A stretch of 64,000 nt of DNA from Bacteroidales bacterium (GCA_038316435.1 JBBQAQ010000015.1:9384-73383); one strand, 5' to 3'. Positions 37,583 to 48,149 are shown, counted from the first letter of the stretch. Numbers and translations are program-made. Notes: a model not told the origin generated them from the letters alone.

Positions 37583-38530
37583 ATGTATTCATCCAACGTA
37601 CCAGACGCATCGAATTTCGTATCAAGTTTTGATACAGCTTTTTACTCCGTGATTGGAGTATCAATTTTTCTACTTATTGCTATTACCTTTCTCATGTTGT
37701 ATTTCGTATTTAAATACAACCGGAAAAAGAACAAAATAGCTTCAAATATTGAAGGTAATACCAAACTTGAAATCGTTTGGACTGTAGTACCTACCATTCT
37801 TGTACTTGCCATGTTTTATTTTGGATGGGCAGGTTGGGAGCCAATGAATAAACCGCCAAAAGACGGATTAAAAGTTACTACTATTGCCAGGATGTGGAAT
37901 TTCTCTTTTCTCTATGAAAATGGGAAACAGAGCGATGAACTTGTTGTTCCTGTTGGAGTACCCGTTAAGCTAAAACTTGTCTCAGCCGATGTATTACACA
38001 GCGTTTTCATCCCTGCTTTTCGTATCAAGGAAGATATTATTCCCGGAAGAGATAAATTGATGTGGTTTATTCCACAGCGTGAAGGAAGCTACGATTTGTA
38101 TTGTGCCGAATACTGTGGTTTAAAGCATTCTTACATGGGAGCCAATTTAAGAGCCATCCCGAAGGTTGAATTTGATAAATGGTACACCGATACAACAGCC
38201 ACGAAATCTACTGCTGACCCGTCTGTACCTGGCTCAGAAGGGCTTGCAATATTAAAAGCCCAGGGCTGCAATGCCTGCCACTCATCAGACGGCACAAAAA
38301 TTATTGGGCCAAGTTATTTAGGTATATGGGGAAGGCCTGTCGTTGTTGTTCGCGGAGGACAGGATGTTACAGTAATTGCAGATTCAGCCTACATTAAGAG
38401 ATCAATTTACGAACCAAATTTTGAGGTGGTTAAAGGATATCAGAAAGGTCTTATGCAGACTTACGATAAATCTGTATCAGCGAAAGATTTAGAGAAAATT
38501 ATTGAATACTTGCAAACACTGGAGGAATAA
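37583..38530 (+). CDS. ctaC: Cytochrome c oxidase subunit II with a fused C-terminal cytochrome c domain (caa3-type)
   Basis: It has two N-terminal TM helices. The CuA site is DVLHS...CAEYCGLKHSYM, and the heme c site is CNACH. Confidence 0.9.
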   Translation: MYSSNVPDASNFVSSFDTAFYSVIGVSIFLLIAITFLMLYFVFKYNRKKNKIASNIEGNTKLEIVWTVVPTILVLAMFYFGWAGWEPMNKPPKDGLKVTTIARMWNFSFLYENGKQSDELVVPVGVPVKLKLVSADVLHSVFIPAFRIKEDIIPGRDKLMWFIPQREGSYDLYCAEYCGLKHSYMGANLRAIPKVEFDKWYTDTTATKSTADPSVPGSEGLAILKAQGCNACHSSDGTKIIGPSYLGIWGRPVVVVRGGQDVTVIADSAYIKRSIYEPNFEVVKGYQKGLMQTYDKSVSAKDLEKIIEYLQTLEE

Positions 38531-38539
38531 ACACAAGCC

Positions 38540-39403
38540 GTGAAATTTCAGGACTATCTCCAGTTAAGTAAAATCCGTATTATGTTGCCGGTTGCGTTTA
38601 CCGGTTTTACAGGATATTTCATATTCCAACCTATATTAAACGTTGAAATTCTACTTGTGAGTCTTGGTATATTGCTGCAAGCCATTGCATCTTCAGTGTT
38701 AAATCAGCTTCAGGAAGTTGATCTTGACAGAAAGATGAACCGCACTCATAACAGGCCTTTGCCTACAGGCAAAATCACCATCATTTCAGCAATTTTATTT
38801 TTTTTGCTTACCCTTGTTTCCGGAACACTTCTCATATACTTTTTCGGAAACCTATTGGCCACACTGGTTGGGCTATTTACAATATTCTGGTATAATGTTT
38901 TTTACACATATTCCAAGAGACTTACAGCTTTTGCAGTTGTTCCCGGATCATTAACAGGAGCTCTTCCTCCATTTATAGGTTGGGCAGCAGCCGGTGGTTA
39001 TTTGCTTGATAAACCTATTGTTTTACTGGGATTCCTTCTGTTTATCGGACAGGTTCCCCATTTCTGGCTACTGATTCTTAAGTATGGAGAAGAATATGGA
39101 GGGGCAGGAATTCCGAGTCTCACAAATGTTTTAAGTCGTCCGCAGATCAACAGACTGAGTTTTACCTGGGTAGTAACTTCAGCAATATCAGCACTATTTC
39201 TTTCCTATTTTGAAGTTATCCATTCAAAAGTAATAATTGTTTTGCTTCTGATTTCTACATTTTATCTGATCTGGTCCTTCAGGGGAATGATTACCGGACC
39301 CGATAGTAAAATTCCTTTCAGGAAAAATTTCATTCTACTAAATTCTTACTTTTTACTGATCCTGATTTTTTTAATTGCCGATAGAATCGTTTCTCCCATT
39401 TAA
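38540..39403 (+). CDS. ctaB: Protoheme IX farnesyltransferase (heme O synthase)
   Basis: UbiA-fold features are present (NQLQEVDLDRKMNRTHNRPLPTG). The start codon is GTG. It is the last gene of the cox operon. Confidence 0.85.
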   Translation: MKFQDYLQLSKIRIMLPVAFTGFTGYFIFQPILNVEILLVSLGILLQAIASSVLNQLQEVDLDRKMNRTHNRPLPTGKITIISAILFFLLTLVSGTLLIYFFGNLLATLVGLFTIFWYNVFYTYSKRLTAFAVVPGSLTGALPPFIGWAAAGGYLLDKPIVLLGFLLFIGQVPHFWLLILKYGEEYGGAGIPSLTNVLSRPQINRLSFTWVVTSAISALFLSYFEVIHSKVIIVLLLISTFYLIWSFRGMITGPDSKIPFRKNFILLNSYFLLILIFLIADRIVSPI

Positions 39404-39480
39404 TAATACGATGCCCAATAATTTACTATCTTCGTAAGGTTAGGTAAATACTATATTTCCCAAAATGAGGATTTGAAAAT

Positions 39481-40389
39481 ATGAGTGAGAACTTCTTTTC
39501 CGATATATTGTTACCCATAACCCTTGCTGTGATTACGCTTGGAATGGGTCTTGCTATTGAGGGAAAGGATTTTACAGGAATTTTTCGGAGACCGAAATCC
39601 ATCATCACAGGCTTACTGGCTCAAATGATAATCCTTCTCCTAATTGCATTTGGAATAGCCTACTTTGCTGATATTGACCCAGTTTACAAAGTTGGTTTGA
39701 TCATAATTGCAGCTTGTCCAGGAGGTGCTGCCTCTAATCTTGTAAATTTTATGCTTAATGGGAATGTGGCGCTTTCACTTTCCATTACCATTGTTAACTC
39801 CCTCCTTACTCTTATCACTATTCCTCTCATAATCAGGACAGGACTTGAGATTTACCTTGGTGAATCGGCGGTAATTCATTTACCCTATGGGGAAACTATT
39901 CTCAATATTTTCCTTATTGTTGCCATGCCAGCAGCTATTGGAATTACTATTCGCTATTTTTTCAGGGGATTTGCTATTGGGCTTGAAAAACCTTTAAGGT
40001 ATTTATTACCAGTTATGCTTTTTGTTGTATACAGCGGAGTATTATTTATCGACAAAGGAGCTAAAACTCTCCATTTGAAAGACTATCTGAATCTTTACCC
40101 TCATGCCATACTTCTGAATGTTTTGTCGATGCTGGCTGGATGGTACGTTGCAAGAGTAATTGGTCTGAAACGTAAAAACCAATATACAATTGCAGTTGAA
40201 GTGGGACTGCAAAACAGCACTCTGGCAATTTTTATAGCAGCAACACTTTTATCGAGTCAACAGATGGCCGTAGTTCCTATTATTTACGGCTCTTTTTCCT
40301 TTTTTACAACCTGGGGAATTGGATACCTGATGAAGCGTTTCACCAAAGAAGGACTAGCAAAAAAAGCAGTAGAAGAAAATCGGAAATAA
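39481..40389 (+). CDS. Bile acid:sodium symporter (BASS) family transporter
   Basis: The 302-aa protein is polytopic. Family-typical segments are present (ACPGGAASN, EVGLQNSTLA). Confidence 0.8.
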   Translation: MSENFFSDILLPITLAVITLGMGLAIEGKDFTGIFRRPKSIITGLLAQMIILLLIAFGIAYFADIDPVYKVGLIIIAACPGGAASNLVNFMLNGNVALSLSITIVNSLLTLITIPLIIRTGLEIYLGESAVIHLPYGETILNIFLIVAMPAAIGITIRYFFRGFAIGLEKPLRYLLPVMLFVVYSGVLFIDKGAKTLHLKDYLNLYPHAILLNVLSMLAGWYVARVIGLKRKNQYTIAVEVGLQNSTLAIFIAATLLSSQQMAVVPIIYGSFSFFTTWGIGYLMKRFTKEGLAKKAVEENRK

Positions 40390-41179
40390 CCCCATATAAT
40401 TTTCTATAGGCAAAAATTCGCGGAAACATTAAAATAATCAGCATTGAGGCAGAAATGAGTATCAAAGGTAAAACATGGATTAGCTTAGCTCCCAAAAAGA
40501 TATATGCTGTAAGGGCTATAAGAATGGACAGGGTCAGTGAATAAACAGCCATATTCATTGCATATTTGAGTCCGAAATTAATCACAATTGATCTGTTACC
40601 GTCGATTTCATCGGCTTCCCTTTCATAAATGCTGTAAATCAATACATTTCCAAGGATGACCAATCCAAAAGCAGCAATTTGGATAAACTGCACAGGACTT
40701 ATTATATCCCCGGCGTAAATGACAGGTCCGCCCCAAACAGCCAAAGTGTAAATTACAGCAATCCACAATTCTTTGATAAAAAACCATTTAGATTCCTTTT
40801 CATAATAACGGTTTAACAGCAAATAAATCATCACTGCAAACCCCGGAGCTATGCCAAATTCAATAATATTCAGTTCGAGTCTGTAAAGAATCAACCTGAA
40901 AGTAAAGATCACTACCAGCAGAAAAATGAGAATTATGGGGATTTTGTAGGAGTTGAAGAAATTGTGCGTTTCCGAGGTTGACTTCCCTCGGGTCTTTGCT
41001 CCGTCCATTAAATGATCAGCAATGTAAATGAGCCACACCACAAGCCCGAGAACGGTATAATGACTGCGCGGCAGGCTTACGTTCATAACTGAGGATGCAA
41101 AAACGAGCGAAGCCAGCACTCCAGCGACAATATCGATCGAGAAAACTCGGATGAAGAAGTAAATCCTGAAGAATACCAT
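40340..41179 (-). CDS. Polytopic membrane protein, possibly UbiA-superfamily-like prenyltransferase
   Basis: It has about 8 TM helices and two Asp-rich stretches (YIADHLMDG and YEREADEIDG). I recognise no firm family. The 3' end overlaps the convergent BASS gene by 50 nt. Confidence 0.35.
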   Translation of the reverse strand: MVFFRIYFFIRVFSIDIVAGVLASLVFASSVMNVSLPRSHYTVLGLVVWLIYIADHLMDGAKTRGKSTSETHNFFNSYKIPIILIFLLVVIFTFRLILYRLELNIIEFGIAPGFAVMIYLLLNRYYEKESKWFFIKELWIAVIYTLAVWGGPVIYAGDIISPVQFIQIAAFGLVILGNVLIYSIYEREADEIDGNRSIVINFGLKYAMNMAVYSLTLSILIALTAYIFLGAKLIHVLPLILISASMLIILMFPRIFAYRKLYGVISDFLLLLFLLVLLW

Positions 41180-41240
41180 CGGGTGTAAATGCTTTTTATA
41201 ATGTTAGTCAGATATTTGAAAAATACTGCATTCTACCCAC

Positions 41241-42437
41241 CTATTGAAAATGGTGATTTAAACTCTCATCAATATACGGATGGTTTGCGGGGATAATCTT
41301 TGCCTTGCCAAGTGCTGTTGCTGTTACTAAAGCAAACAACCCAGCATAGCCCAAAAACATTCCTGCCTCTACAAAGCCAAATTGAAGAACCCCAGTGGTG
41401 CCGGGCATAATTTGAAGATAGAGATCAATATATTGCCCGATAATAAGAAACAAAATAACCACAAGAATGACATTTCTGTTTTTACTTGCTTTCACCGGAA
41501 GTAACAAAATAAACGGAACTGCCCAATTCAAAATGATATCAAGGAAGAATAGCGATTGCCAACCTTTTTCCCAGCGGACGGAAAAGTAGATGGTCTCTTC
41601 AGGTATATTACCGTACCAGATAATCATAAACTGAGCAAACCAGAAATATCCCCAAATAATTGCAAGCATAAACAGATATCTTCCGAAATCGTGAAGGTGA
41701 AATTTATTTAGGAACGGGAAATATCCATTGGCATTTAAAATCAAAATAATTAGGATCAGAATTGAAGAGCCATGCAGAAAAGCGGCTACCATATTTTTAA
41801 GTGCGAATAAGGTACTATACCAATGTGCATCAATCGACATGATCCAGTCAATTCCGGCAAATGAAAATGTGATTGCAAGAATAAATACAAAAACTTTTGA
41901 ATAAAACTCACTCTTTTCAAACCATTTTGTTCCTCCCTCGAGATCTTCCATCAAAGAAAATTTGCGAAGTGTGCGGGAAAAGAAAATCCATAGAGCAAAA
42001 AACACCAGCATCCGAATAAAGAAGAACGGGACATTCAGGAAGGGTGATTTGTGAGATAAAAGTCCGTCTTCAGCAACAGCCTCTTCATGGCTCCAATGAT
42101 ACAGACTATGAGTTCCAAAATACAAAAGCAGAAAAAACACCGCAGCAAAAGGTAGCCACGACATCATTGCTTCCGGAACCCTCTTGAATCCTGCCGACCA
42201 GCCAGATTGAGAAATATACTGAATCACGAAGAAAAAAGCTCCTCCCATTGAAAGAGAAAAGAAATAATAATTATTCAGCAGATAATTTGCCCATGTTCTG
42301 TCAGGATCACTTAGAAATCCGAGCGTAACTGATACTAAGCCTAAAACGATCAGAACACCTGTAATAATCCTGAAGATTTTACCGGATTTAAAGTATTCCC
42401 TGCTTGCAGAGATTTCTTGCGTGTGTTGAGTTTCCAT
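41241..42437 (-). CDS. actF: Alternative complex III subunit ActF (NrfD-like membrane subunit)
   Basis: The 398-aa protein is polytopic and is the last gene of the act cluster. Confidence 0.7.
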   Translation of the reverse strand: METQHTQEISASREYFKSGKIFRIITGVLIVLGLVSVTLGFLSDPDRTWANYLLNNYYFFSLSMGGAFFFVIQYISQSGWSAGFKRVPEAMMSWLPFAAVFFLLLYFGTHSLYHWSHEEAVAEDGLLSHKSPFLNVPFFFIRMLVFFALWIFFSRTLRKFSLMEDLEGGTKWFEKSEFYSKVFVFILAITFSFAGIDWIMSIDAHWYSTLFALKNMVAAFLHGSSILILIILILNANGYFPFLNKFHLHDFGRYLFMLAIIWGYFWFAQFMIIWYGNIPEETIYFSVRWEKGWQSLFFLDIILNWAVPFILLLPVKASKNRNVILVVILFLIIGQYIDLYLQIMPGTTGVLQFGFVEAGMFLGYAGLFALVTATALGKAKIIPANHPYIDESLNHHFQ

Positions 42438-42449
42438 AATCTTTTAGTA

Positions 42450-43061
42450 CTATCGTATCTGAACAGTATCTGAAATTCCTTTAAAATTTTTCTGTAGATC
42501 TTCGCGAATGAATTGAATCAGTTTCCAACGATCATCAGGTTTTATCTGGGAGCCATGAGGACCCATGGAAACAAATCCCAAAGTAATAGAATGGTAAATT
42601 TCTCCATCCTTAAGATTCTTTGCAACATCATTCACCAATGACCTGGGTTTTAAAGGATATAATCCGGAAGTATAAAGTTTCCCGGTACCATTTCCATCAG
42701 CGCCATGACATTGCAGGCAATAGACCGTATAAATTCGCTTTCCCCGCACTAGATTTTCCGGAGTTGACTGAAAAGGATTAACTAATTCTCTGCCTGCTCT
42801 GGCTCTCTCTCCCTCGAGAAGAGAATAACCGAAACTTGTTATTTCGCGGGATACCGTTCCTTTTACAGGATCACGAAAGGTCTTTCCATCAGCAAAATTT
42901 GGATTCGGCGAATAGGTTTCATACGCTGTTGAATAGAACATATCAGGGAAGTAATCCCAGCCTGGATGGTTTCTGTTCCTGTCACATGAGACTGTTAAAA
43001 CCGACAGAAATGACAGGATCAAAACTATATGAGCAACTTTTAATTTTTGAAATATGTGCAT
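42450..43061 (-). CDS. actE: Alternative complex III subunit ActE (monoheme cytochrome c lipoprotein)
   Basis: The lipobox is LTVSC. A single CLQCH heme motif is present. Confidence 0.75.
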   Translation of the reverse strand: MHIFQKLKVAHIVLILSFLSVLTVSCDRNRNHPGWDYFPDMFYSTAYETYSPNPNFADGKTFRDPVKGTVSREITSFGYSLLEGERARAGRELVNPFQSTPENLVRGKRIYTVYCLQCHGADGNGTGKLYTSGLYPLKPRSLVNDVAKNLKDGEIYHSITLGFVSMGPHGSQIKPDDRWKLIQFIREDLQKNFKGISDTVQIR

Positions 43062-43068
43062 ACAGCTA

Positions 43069-43599
43069 TTATTTTATTCCGTTTATCTCTTTATCAATTA
43101 TTTCAACTGCACCTGATTCTTTCATTATTCTTCCCGCTTCTTTGGATGCGTTATTGTCTAATCCGCTTGCATCAAGAACAAGGATAAATTTATCGTCTGT
43201 GGCTCTCTCATCGAAAATCACTGGTTCCTGGCCTGGAAATAATTTAGAGCGAATTGAAAATGTAAACAAACTGGTGATAGTTACAGTAAGAATTGTAAGT
43301 ACAATTGTAATGACAATGAACGACGGAAATGAATTGAAAGGTTTTCCACCATAATTTACCGGCCAGTTCACAACTGAAGTATAATATAGAAATGCCAAAA
43401 CGCTCAATGCACCTGTGATCCCGTAAATAAGACCAGCGGTTGGCAGTTTTGACTTACGCTTCAGCAAATGCAAAACCTCATGAATAGGGTAAGGCGTAAA
43501 GACATCATAAATTGCGAGTTTCTTTTCCTGAAGGGATTTGATTGACGCTATCAGTGTCTTCTCTTCATCAAACACTCCTATTTTATAAACTCCGGCCAT
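43069..43599 (-). CDS. actD: Alternative complex III subunit ActD (DUF3341)
   Basis: The 176-aa protein has the N-terminal pattern YKIGVFD......A...L......I.DVFTPYPIH followed by two TM helices. Confidence 0.75.
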   Translation of the reverse strand: MAGVYKIGVFDEEKTLIASIKSLQEKKLAIYDVFTPYPIHEVLHLLKRKSKLPTAGLIYGITGALSVLAFLYYTSVVNWPVNYGGKPFNSFPSFIVITIVLTILTVTITSLFTFSIRSKLFPGQEPVIFDERATDDKFILVLDASGLDNNASKEAGRIMKESGAVEIIDKEINGIK

Positions 43600-43672
43600 T
43601 TCTTTGCTTTTTAAATTAAAATACCTCTTATGCGATAATTAGTATAAATTAACTTTTTTTATATCCCTTTAA

Positions 43673-45034
43673 CTAATCATCTACTTTAGAACCAATATTC
43701 AATACTCCCTTTACCTCCGATATTGCGATCATTGGAATATATCTGAAGAACAGCAGCACACCGGTAACAAATAGTCCGATTGTTCCAACATAAACTCCCA
43801 CCTCAATAAGAGTTGGAGAATAGGTAGCCCAGTTTGAAGGTAGAAAATCGTTTGCAAGTGAGGTAACAACGATATTAAAACGCTCAAACCACATCCCAAG
43901 ATTTATTGCCAGTGAAATAAGCAACAAACCCCATGTGCTTTTCCTTATTTTTTTGAACCAGAACAGCTGCGGAATAAATGCATTGCAGATTACCATCCCC
44001 CAGAATTGAACCGAATATTCACCTGTTACGCGACTCTTGAAAAAAGTGTACATCTCATATTCATTTCCCGAATACCAGGCCATAAAAACCTCAGTCGCAT
44101 AGGCCGTTCCCATGATAAGTGAAATGAAAGTAAGAATGCGGGCAATTGCATCCATATGATTATCCGTAATGTAATCGGTAAGTTTGTAAACTTTCCTTAC
44201 AACAACCATCAGAGTCATAACCATTGCAAAACCTGAAAAGATAGCCCCAACCACAAAATATGGTGGAAATAAGGTAGTATGCCAGCCGGGAATTACTCCA
44301 ACTGCAAAGTCTGTTGATACGATTGAATGTACCGAAACCACCAATACCGCAGCAATTCCACCTAAAATAAAACTCAAGGATTCAAAACGTATCCATTCGT
44401 GACTTCCACCGGTCCATCCCATGCTGAAAAAACCGTAAACTGCCTTCTTAATTTTGGAAGTGGTTTTATCACGGATGGTAGCAAAATCGGGCAACATACC
44501 CATATACCAGAAGGAAAACGAGATTAGCAGATACGCTGAAATTGCAATAAAATCCCAGAATAAGGGCGAATTATAATTTACCCAAAGTGGGCCGCGGGTA
44601 TTAGGATATGGGAAGATAAAAAATGCAAGCCAGACTCTACCCATGTGTAAAGCAGGAAATAACGCAGCACATCCTACAGCGACCACTGTCATTGCCTCGG
44701 CTGCCCTGTTTATTGAAGTTCTCCATCTCTGTCTGAGTATTAGTAGGAATATGGAAAAAGCAGTTCCCGCATGTCCAATTCCAATCCACCAAACAAAATT
44801 GATGATCTCCCATCCCCATCCAACGGAGTTATTGAGTCCCCAAACACCAATCCCTTTAGTAACTGTAATGAAAATCGAATAAAAGCCAACCAGGGAAGCC
44901 GCACTCGCTACTGTCATTGCAAGATACCACCAGATTCCGGGATTTGCATCAATGGGTGCAATGATGTCCTTCGAAATCTGACCATAAGTCTTGTTTCCTT
45001 CTACAAGCGGACCTCTTATTGTTCTGTTATACAT
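43673..45034 (-). CDS. actC: Alternative complex III subunit ActC (NrfD/PsrC-like quinol-interacting membrane subunit)
   Basis: The 453-aa protein has about 10 TM helices and shows the NrfD family pattern. Confidence 0.85.
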   Translation of the reverse strand: MYNRTIRGPLVEGNKTYGQISKDIIAPIDANPGIWWYLAMTVASAASLVGFYSIFITVTKGIGVWGLNNSVGWGWEIINFVWWIGIGHAGTAFSIFLLILRQRWRTSINRAAEAMTVVAVGCAALFPALHMGRVWLAFFIFPYPNTRGPLWVNYNSPLFWDFIAISAYLLISFSFWYMGMLPDFATIRDKTTSKIKKAVYGFFSMGWTGGSHEWIRFESLSFILGGIAAVLVVSVHSIVSTDFAVGVIPGWHTTLFPPYFVVGAIFSGFAMVMTLMVVVRKVYKLTDYITDNHMDAIARILTFISLIMGTAYATEVFMAWYSGNEYEMYTFFKSRVTGEYSVQFWGMVICNAFIPQLFWFKKIRKSTWGLLLISLAINLGMWFERFNIVVTSLANDFLPSNWATYSPTLIEVGVYVGTIGLFVTGVLLFFRYIPMIAISEVKGVLNIGSKVDD

Positions 45035-45094
45035 ACACTATTTGTTTTTTGGACCTATTTGCTATTTTAGTGCAATCAAAAATGGTTTTATGTC

Positions 45095-48049
45095 TTAAGC
45101 CTCAGTATTTCTAACTTTTGTGAGATATCCAACTGAAGGTAAAGTATGAAGTTCTTCAAGTAAATGATAATTTCTAGGGTCAGCTTTCATCTTTGAAACC
45201 TTGCTTTCCTTATCGTTCATGTTTCCGAAAATAAGTGCGTTCGAGGGACAAGACTGCACGCAGGCAGGTTGTACGTCGCCATCGGCAATTGAGCGACCGT
45301 CGAGCTTAGCTGAAAGCTTAGTTTCTTGAATTCTCTGGACGCAGAACGAACATTTCTCTACTACACCTCGCTCACGAACCGTTACATCCGGATTTAATAC
45401 TAATTTTCCAAGATCAGATACCGCATTAAAATCAAATGCTTTGTTGTTAGTATATCGGTACCAGTTGAATCTTCTAACCTTGTAGGGACAGTTGTTTATA
45501 CAATATTTTGTTCCGATGCAGCGGTTATACGACATCTGGTTAAGCCCTTCATTACTGTGGTTCGTAGCCGAAACTGGGCAAACATTTTCACATGGAGCAT
45601 TATCGCAATGCTGACACATTAATGGCTGAAAGACAACCATTGGCTGAGCCAGGCTGTCGGAATAATACCTGTCGATTTTTATCCAATGCATTATTCTTCT
45701 GCGATACACCTCTCCTTTTCCTACAACAGGAATATTATTTTCAGCCTGACATGCAATAACGCAGGCACTGCAACCCACACAGGAGTTCAGGTCAATACCC
45801 AATCCCCAGTGAAAACCATCAAATTTTACCTCTGGGTATAAAGTTTGGTGTTGTGACTCAAATTTTTTATTTAATTCATTTCCCGATTCAGGGTTTTTAA
45901 GATATTCGCTTAAGCTGGTCTCCCTTACAATTGCCCTGCCCTCCATCGAATGGTGGGTTTGCGTGAGAGCAAGCTGCACTTTTTCAGTTGTTTTCCCAAT
46001 ACTATCAATGCTAAAGCCGTATTTTTTGTTGCCTTCAAAATATTTTATAAAAGGATACACATTGACTCCAACTTTGTCTGCAACTTTTCCTGCATTACTG
46101 TGCCCATAACCCAAAGCAATCGAAATTGTTCCCTTTGCCTGTCCCGGTTGAATGAAAGCCGGAATGGAAATATTTTCCCCCAATTTAATGACATCTCCGG
46201 TTTGCATTCCCAATTCTTCAGCATCCATGGGCGATATAGCCGCAACGTTATCCCAACATAATTTAGCAATTGGATCAGGCAATTCCATCAGCCACGGATT
46301 GTTGCTGTGCTTCCCGCTTCCCAATGAAACCGAAGGGTAAAAAAGTATTTCAAATCCAATTTTTTGCCCGTCGTCAGCAGATTCAAGCGCTGCGGCAATG
46401 GATTCATATTTTATTTCGGGGGATTTGGACTTGGGCGCTTCAAAAGTGAAAACACCTTCCTTCAGGCTACGTGTCCAAAATTCTTCGAAATTGCTTTGCT
46501 TTGAAATCGTGAAAAAAGTTTCTTTCCAGTTTTCCTTAAGATAGTCATAATAGCTAATTTTACTGCCAATCCAAGTGAGCACAGAATCCTGAAAACTACG
46601 GGTTTCAAAAATTGGATAAATACAAGGTTGTGTTAAACTCAGACTTCCAGGAGTAATCTCAGCATCATCCCATGACTCAAGAATGTGGTGAACCGGGCAA
46701 TCATAGTTGCAAAGTCCGGCCATTTCATTCAACTCCGTTGATAAGTTAATGCTAAGTTTCAATTTTGAAAGTCCTGACATAAAACCAACTGAATCAGGAT
46801 AATCGTATGCCAGATTAACATTATAAACCAGCATGGCACTGACTTTTCCATTTTTCAAATCCTGTGTCAACGCTTCCATTTCTGCATCTGTACCGGATGA
46901 AATGGAAATGGATTTATCCAGATCTATACAGTTTGGATAATTTCCCAGCATGAGATTTATAGCGCTTACAATCAGCTGTATACGTTTGTCATTTGTGCCG
47001 GATATAACTAATGATTTACCTTTGTTTGCGAGCAGGTCTGAAACCACATTTTCAAGGTTTAACTCGCACAGCGGAATTTCGAAAACTTCTTTGCCAAGAG
47101 ATGCGGCTATTTTGTTATAAATTGTTGCCAGAACGATTTTTTCCTGAGAAGGGCGAATCGGTGTACGATAATCTGCATTACTTCCGGTAAGTGACATCCC
47201 GCTTTCAAAATGATAATGCCGAAGCATGTCGGTCTGACCCTGATGTAGCTTTCTACGTGAAGTATATGATGAAATAAAATGTACAGGAACAAGCCAGCTA
47301 CCCAGAAAGTCAGCGTTAAATGAGACCACTGTGTTTACTTTATCAAAGTGTAAATCGGGTATCACTTTTTTACCAAATATTTCCTGATTTGCCTCGGTAA
47401 TTGCACTGTAGGAAACTGCGTCGTATTGCACCCACCTGAAATTTGTAAACTTTGATCCAAACTCTTTTATCAGTCGTTTTGTACTTGGGGATATAATGCT
47501 TGAGGTTAGCAGAACAATTTCTCCGCCTTCATTATTTATTGCTGTCAATGAGGCAATGATTTCAGAATCAGCTTTATCCCAGGTTAATGAGGTTTTGCCT
47601 GAAGCGGGAGATTTTAAACGGGCATCATCATAAAGACTAAGTACAGATGCCTGCACTCTGGCAGAGGTTCCGTTACCGTTGAATGCCGACAAATTATTTC
47701 CTTCAATTTTTATAGGCCGTCCATCGCGGGTTTTAACCAGTATGCTTGCATATTCGTGTCCATCATAAAAAGATGTAGCATAATGAAGTGCTTTCCCGGG
47801 GACAATTTCCTCAGGTTGGATTACATACGGAATGGCTTTCTGAATAGGTTTTTCACAACTGGCAAGCACTGCTGCTGAAGTAACACTAAAACCAAATACT
47901 TTGAGGAAATCCCTTCGTGAGGATTTGGTGTTTATAACATCCTCCTCAAACAATTCAAGTACTGCCGATTTATGTTCTTTTTCAAATACCTCCTCTTCCT
48001 TTCCCGGAACATTATTGAATTCTTCAATGCTGTTATAATAATTCTTCAT
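45095..48049 (-). CDS. actB: Alternative complex III subunit ActB (molybdopterin-oxidoreductase-like domain fused to a 4Fe-4S ferredoxin-like domain)
   Basis: The Tat signal is SRRDFLKVFG...LASC. The C-terminus carries Cys clusters (CVGCSACVIAC, CQHCDNAPCENVCP, CIGTKYCINNCP, CSFC...CVQSCP). Length is 984 aa. Confidence 0.9.
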   Translation of the reverse strand: MKNYYNSIEEFNNVPGKEEEVFEKEHKSAVLELFEEDVINTKSSRRDFLKVFGFSVTSAAVLASCEKPIQKAIPYVIQPEEIVPGKALHYATSFYDGHEYASILVKTRDGRPIKIEGNNLSAFNGNGTSARVQASVLSLYDDARLKSPASGKTSLTWDKADSEIIASLTAINNEGGEIVLLTSSIISPSTKRLIKEFGSKFTNFRWVQYDAVSYSAITEANQEIFGKKVIPDLHFDKVNTVVSFNADFLGSWLVPVHFISSYTSRRKLHQGQTDMLRHYHFESGMSLTGSNADYRTPIRPSQEKIVLATIYNKIAASLGKEVFEIPLCELNLENVVSDLLANKGKSLVISGTNDKRIQLIVSAINLMLGNYPNCIDLDKSISISSGTDAEMEALTQDLKNGKVSAMLVYNVNLAYDYPDSVGFMSGLSKLKLSINLSTELNEMAGLCNYDCPVHHILESWDDAEITPGSLSLTQPCIYPIFETRSFQDSVLTWIGSKISYYDYLKENWKETFFTISKQSNFEEFWTRSLKEGVFTFEAPKSKSPEIKYESIAAALESADDGQKIGFEILFYPSVSLGSGKHSNNPWLMELPDPIAKLCWDNVAAISPMDAEELGMQTGDVIKLGENISIPAFIQPGQAKGTISIALGYGHSNAGKVADKVGVNVYPFIKYFEGNKKYGFSIDSIGKTTEKVQLALTQTHHSMEGRAIVRETSLSEYLKNPESGNELNKKFESQHQTLYPEVKFDGFHWGLGIDLNSCVGCSACVIACQAENNIPVVGKGEVYRRRIMHWIKIDRYYSDSLAQPMVVFQPLMCQHCDNAPCENVCPVSATNHSNEGLNQMSYNRCIGTKYCINNCPYKVRRFNWYRYTNNKAFDFNAVSDLGKLVLNPDVTVRERGVVEKCSFCVQRIQETKLSAKLDGRSIADGDVQPACVQSCPSNALIFGNMNDKESKVSKMKADPRNYHLLEELHTLPSVGYLTKVRNTEA

Positions 48050-48149
48050 TTGCCTGAATATTTTATCCTTTGGTTATACTTGGCTTTCAGCCTGCATTGG
48101 GTGTTAGAACATTTTTTCAATGTGTCAAGCTTAGTGTAAGCCCTTTTCC

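Noticed and set aside
42836-43354. 172-aa plus-strand ORF across actE/actD.
   Set aside because: It is antisense to two syntenic alternative complex III genes with clear motifs, and it has no signature of its own.
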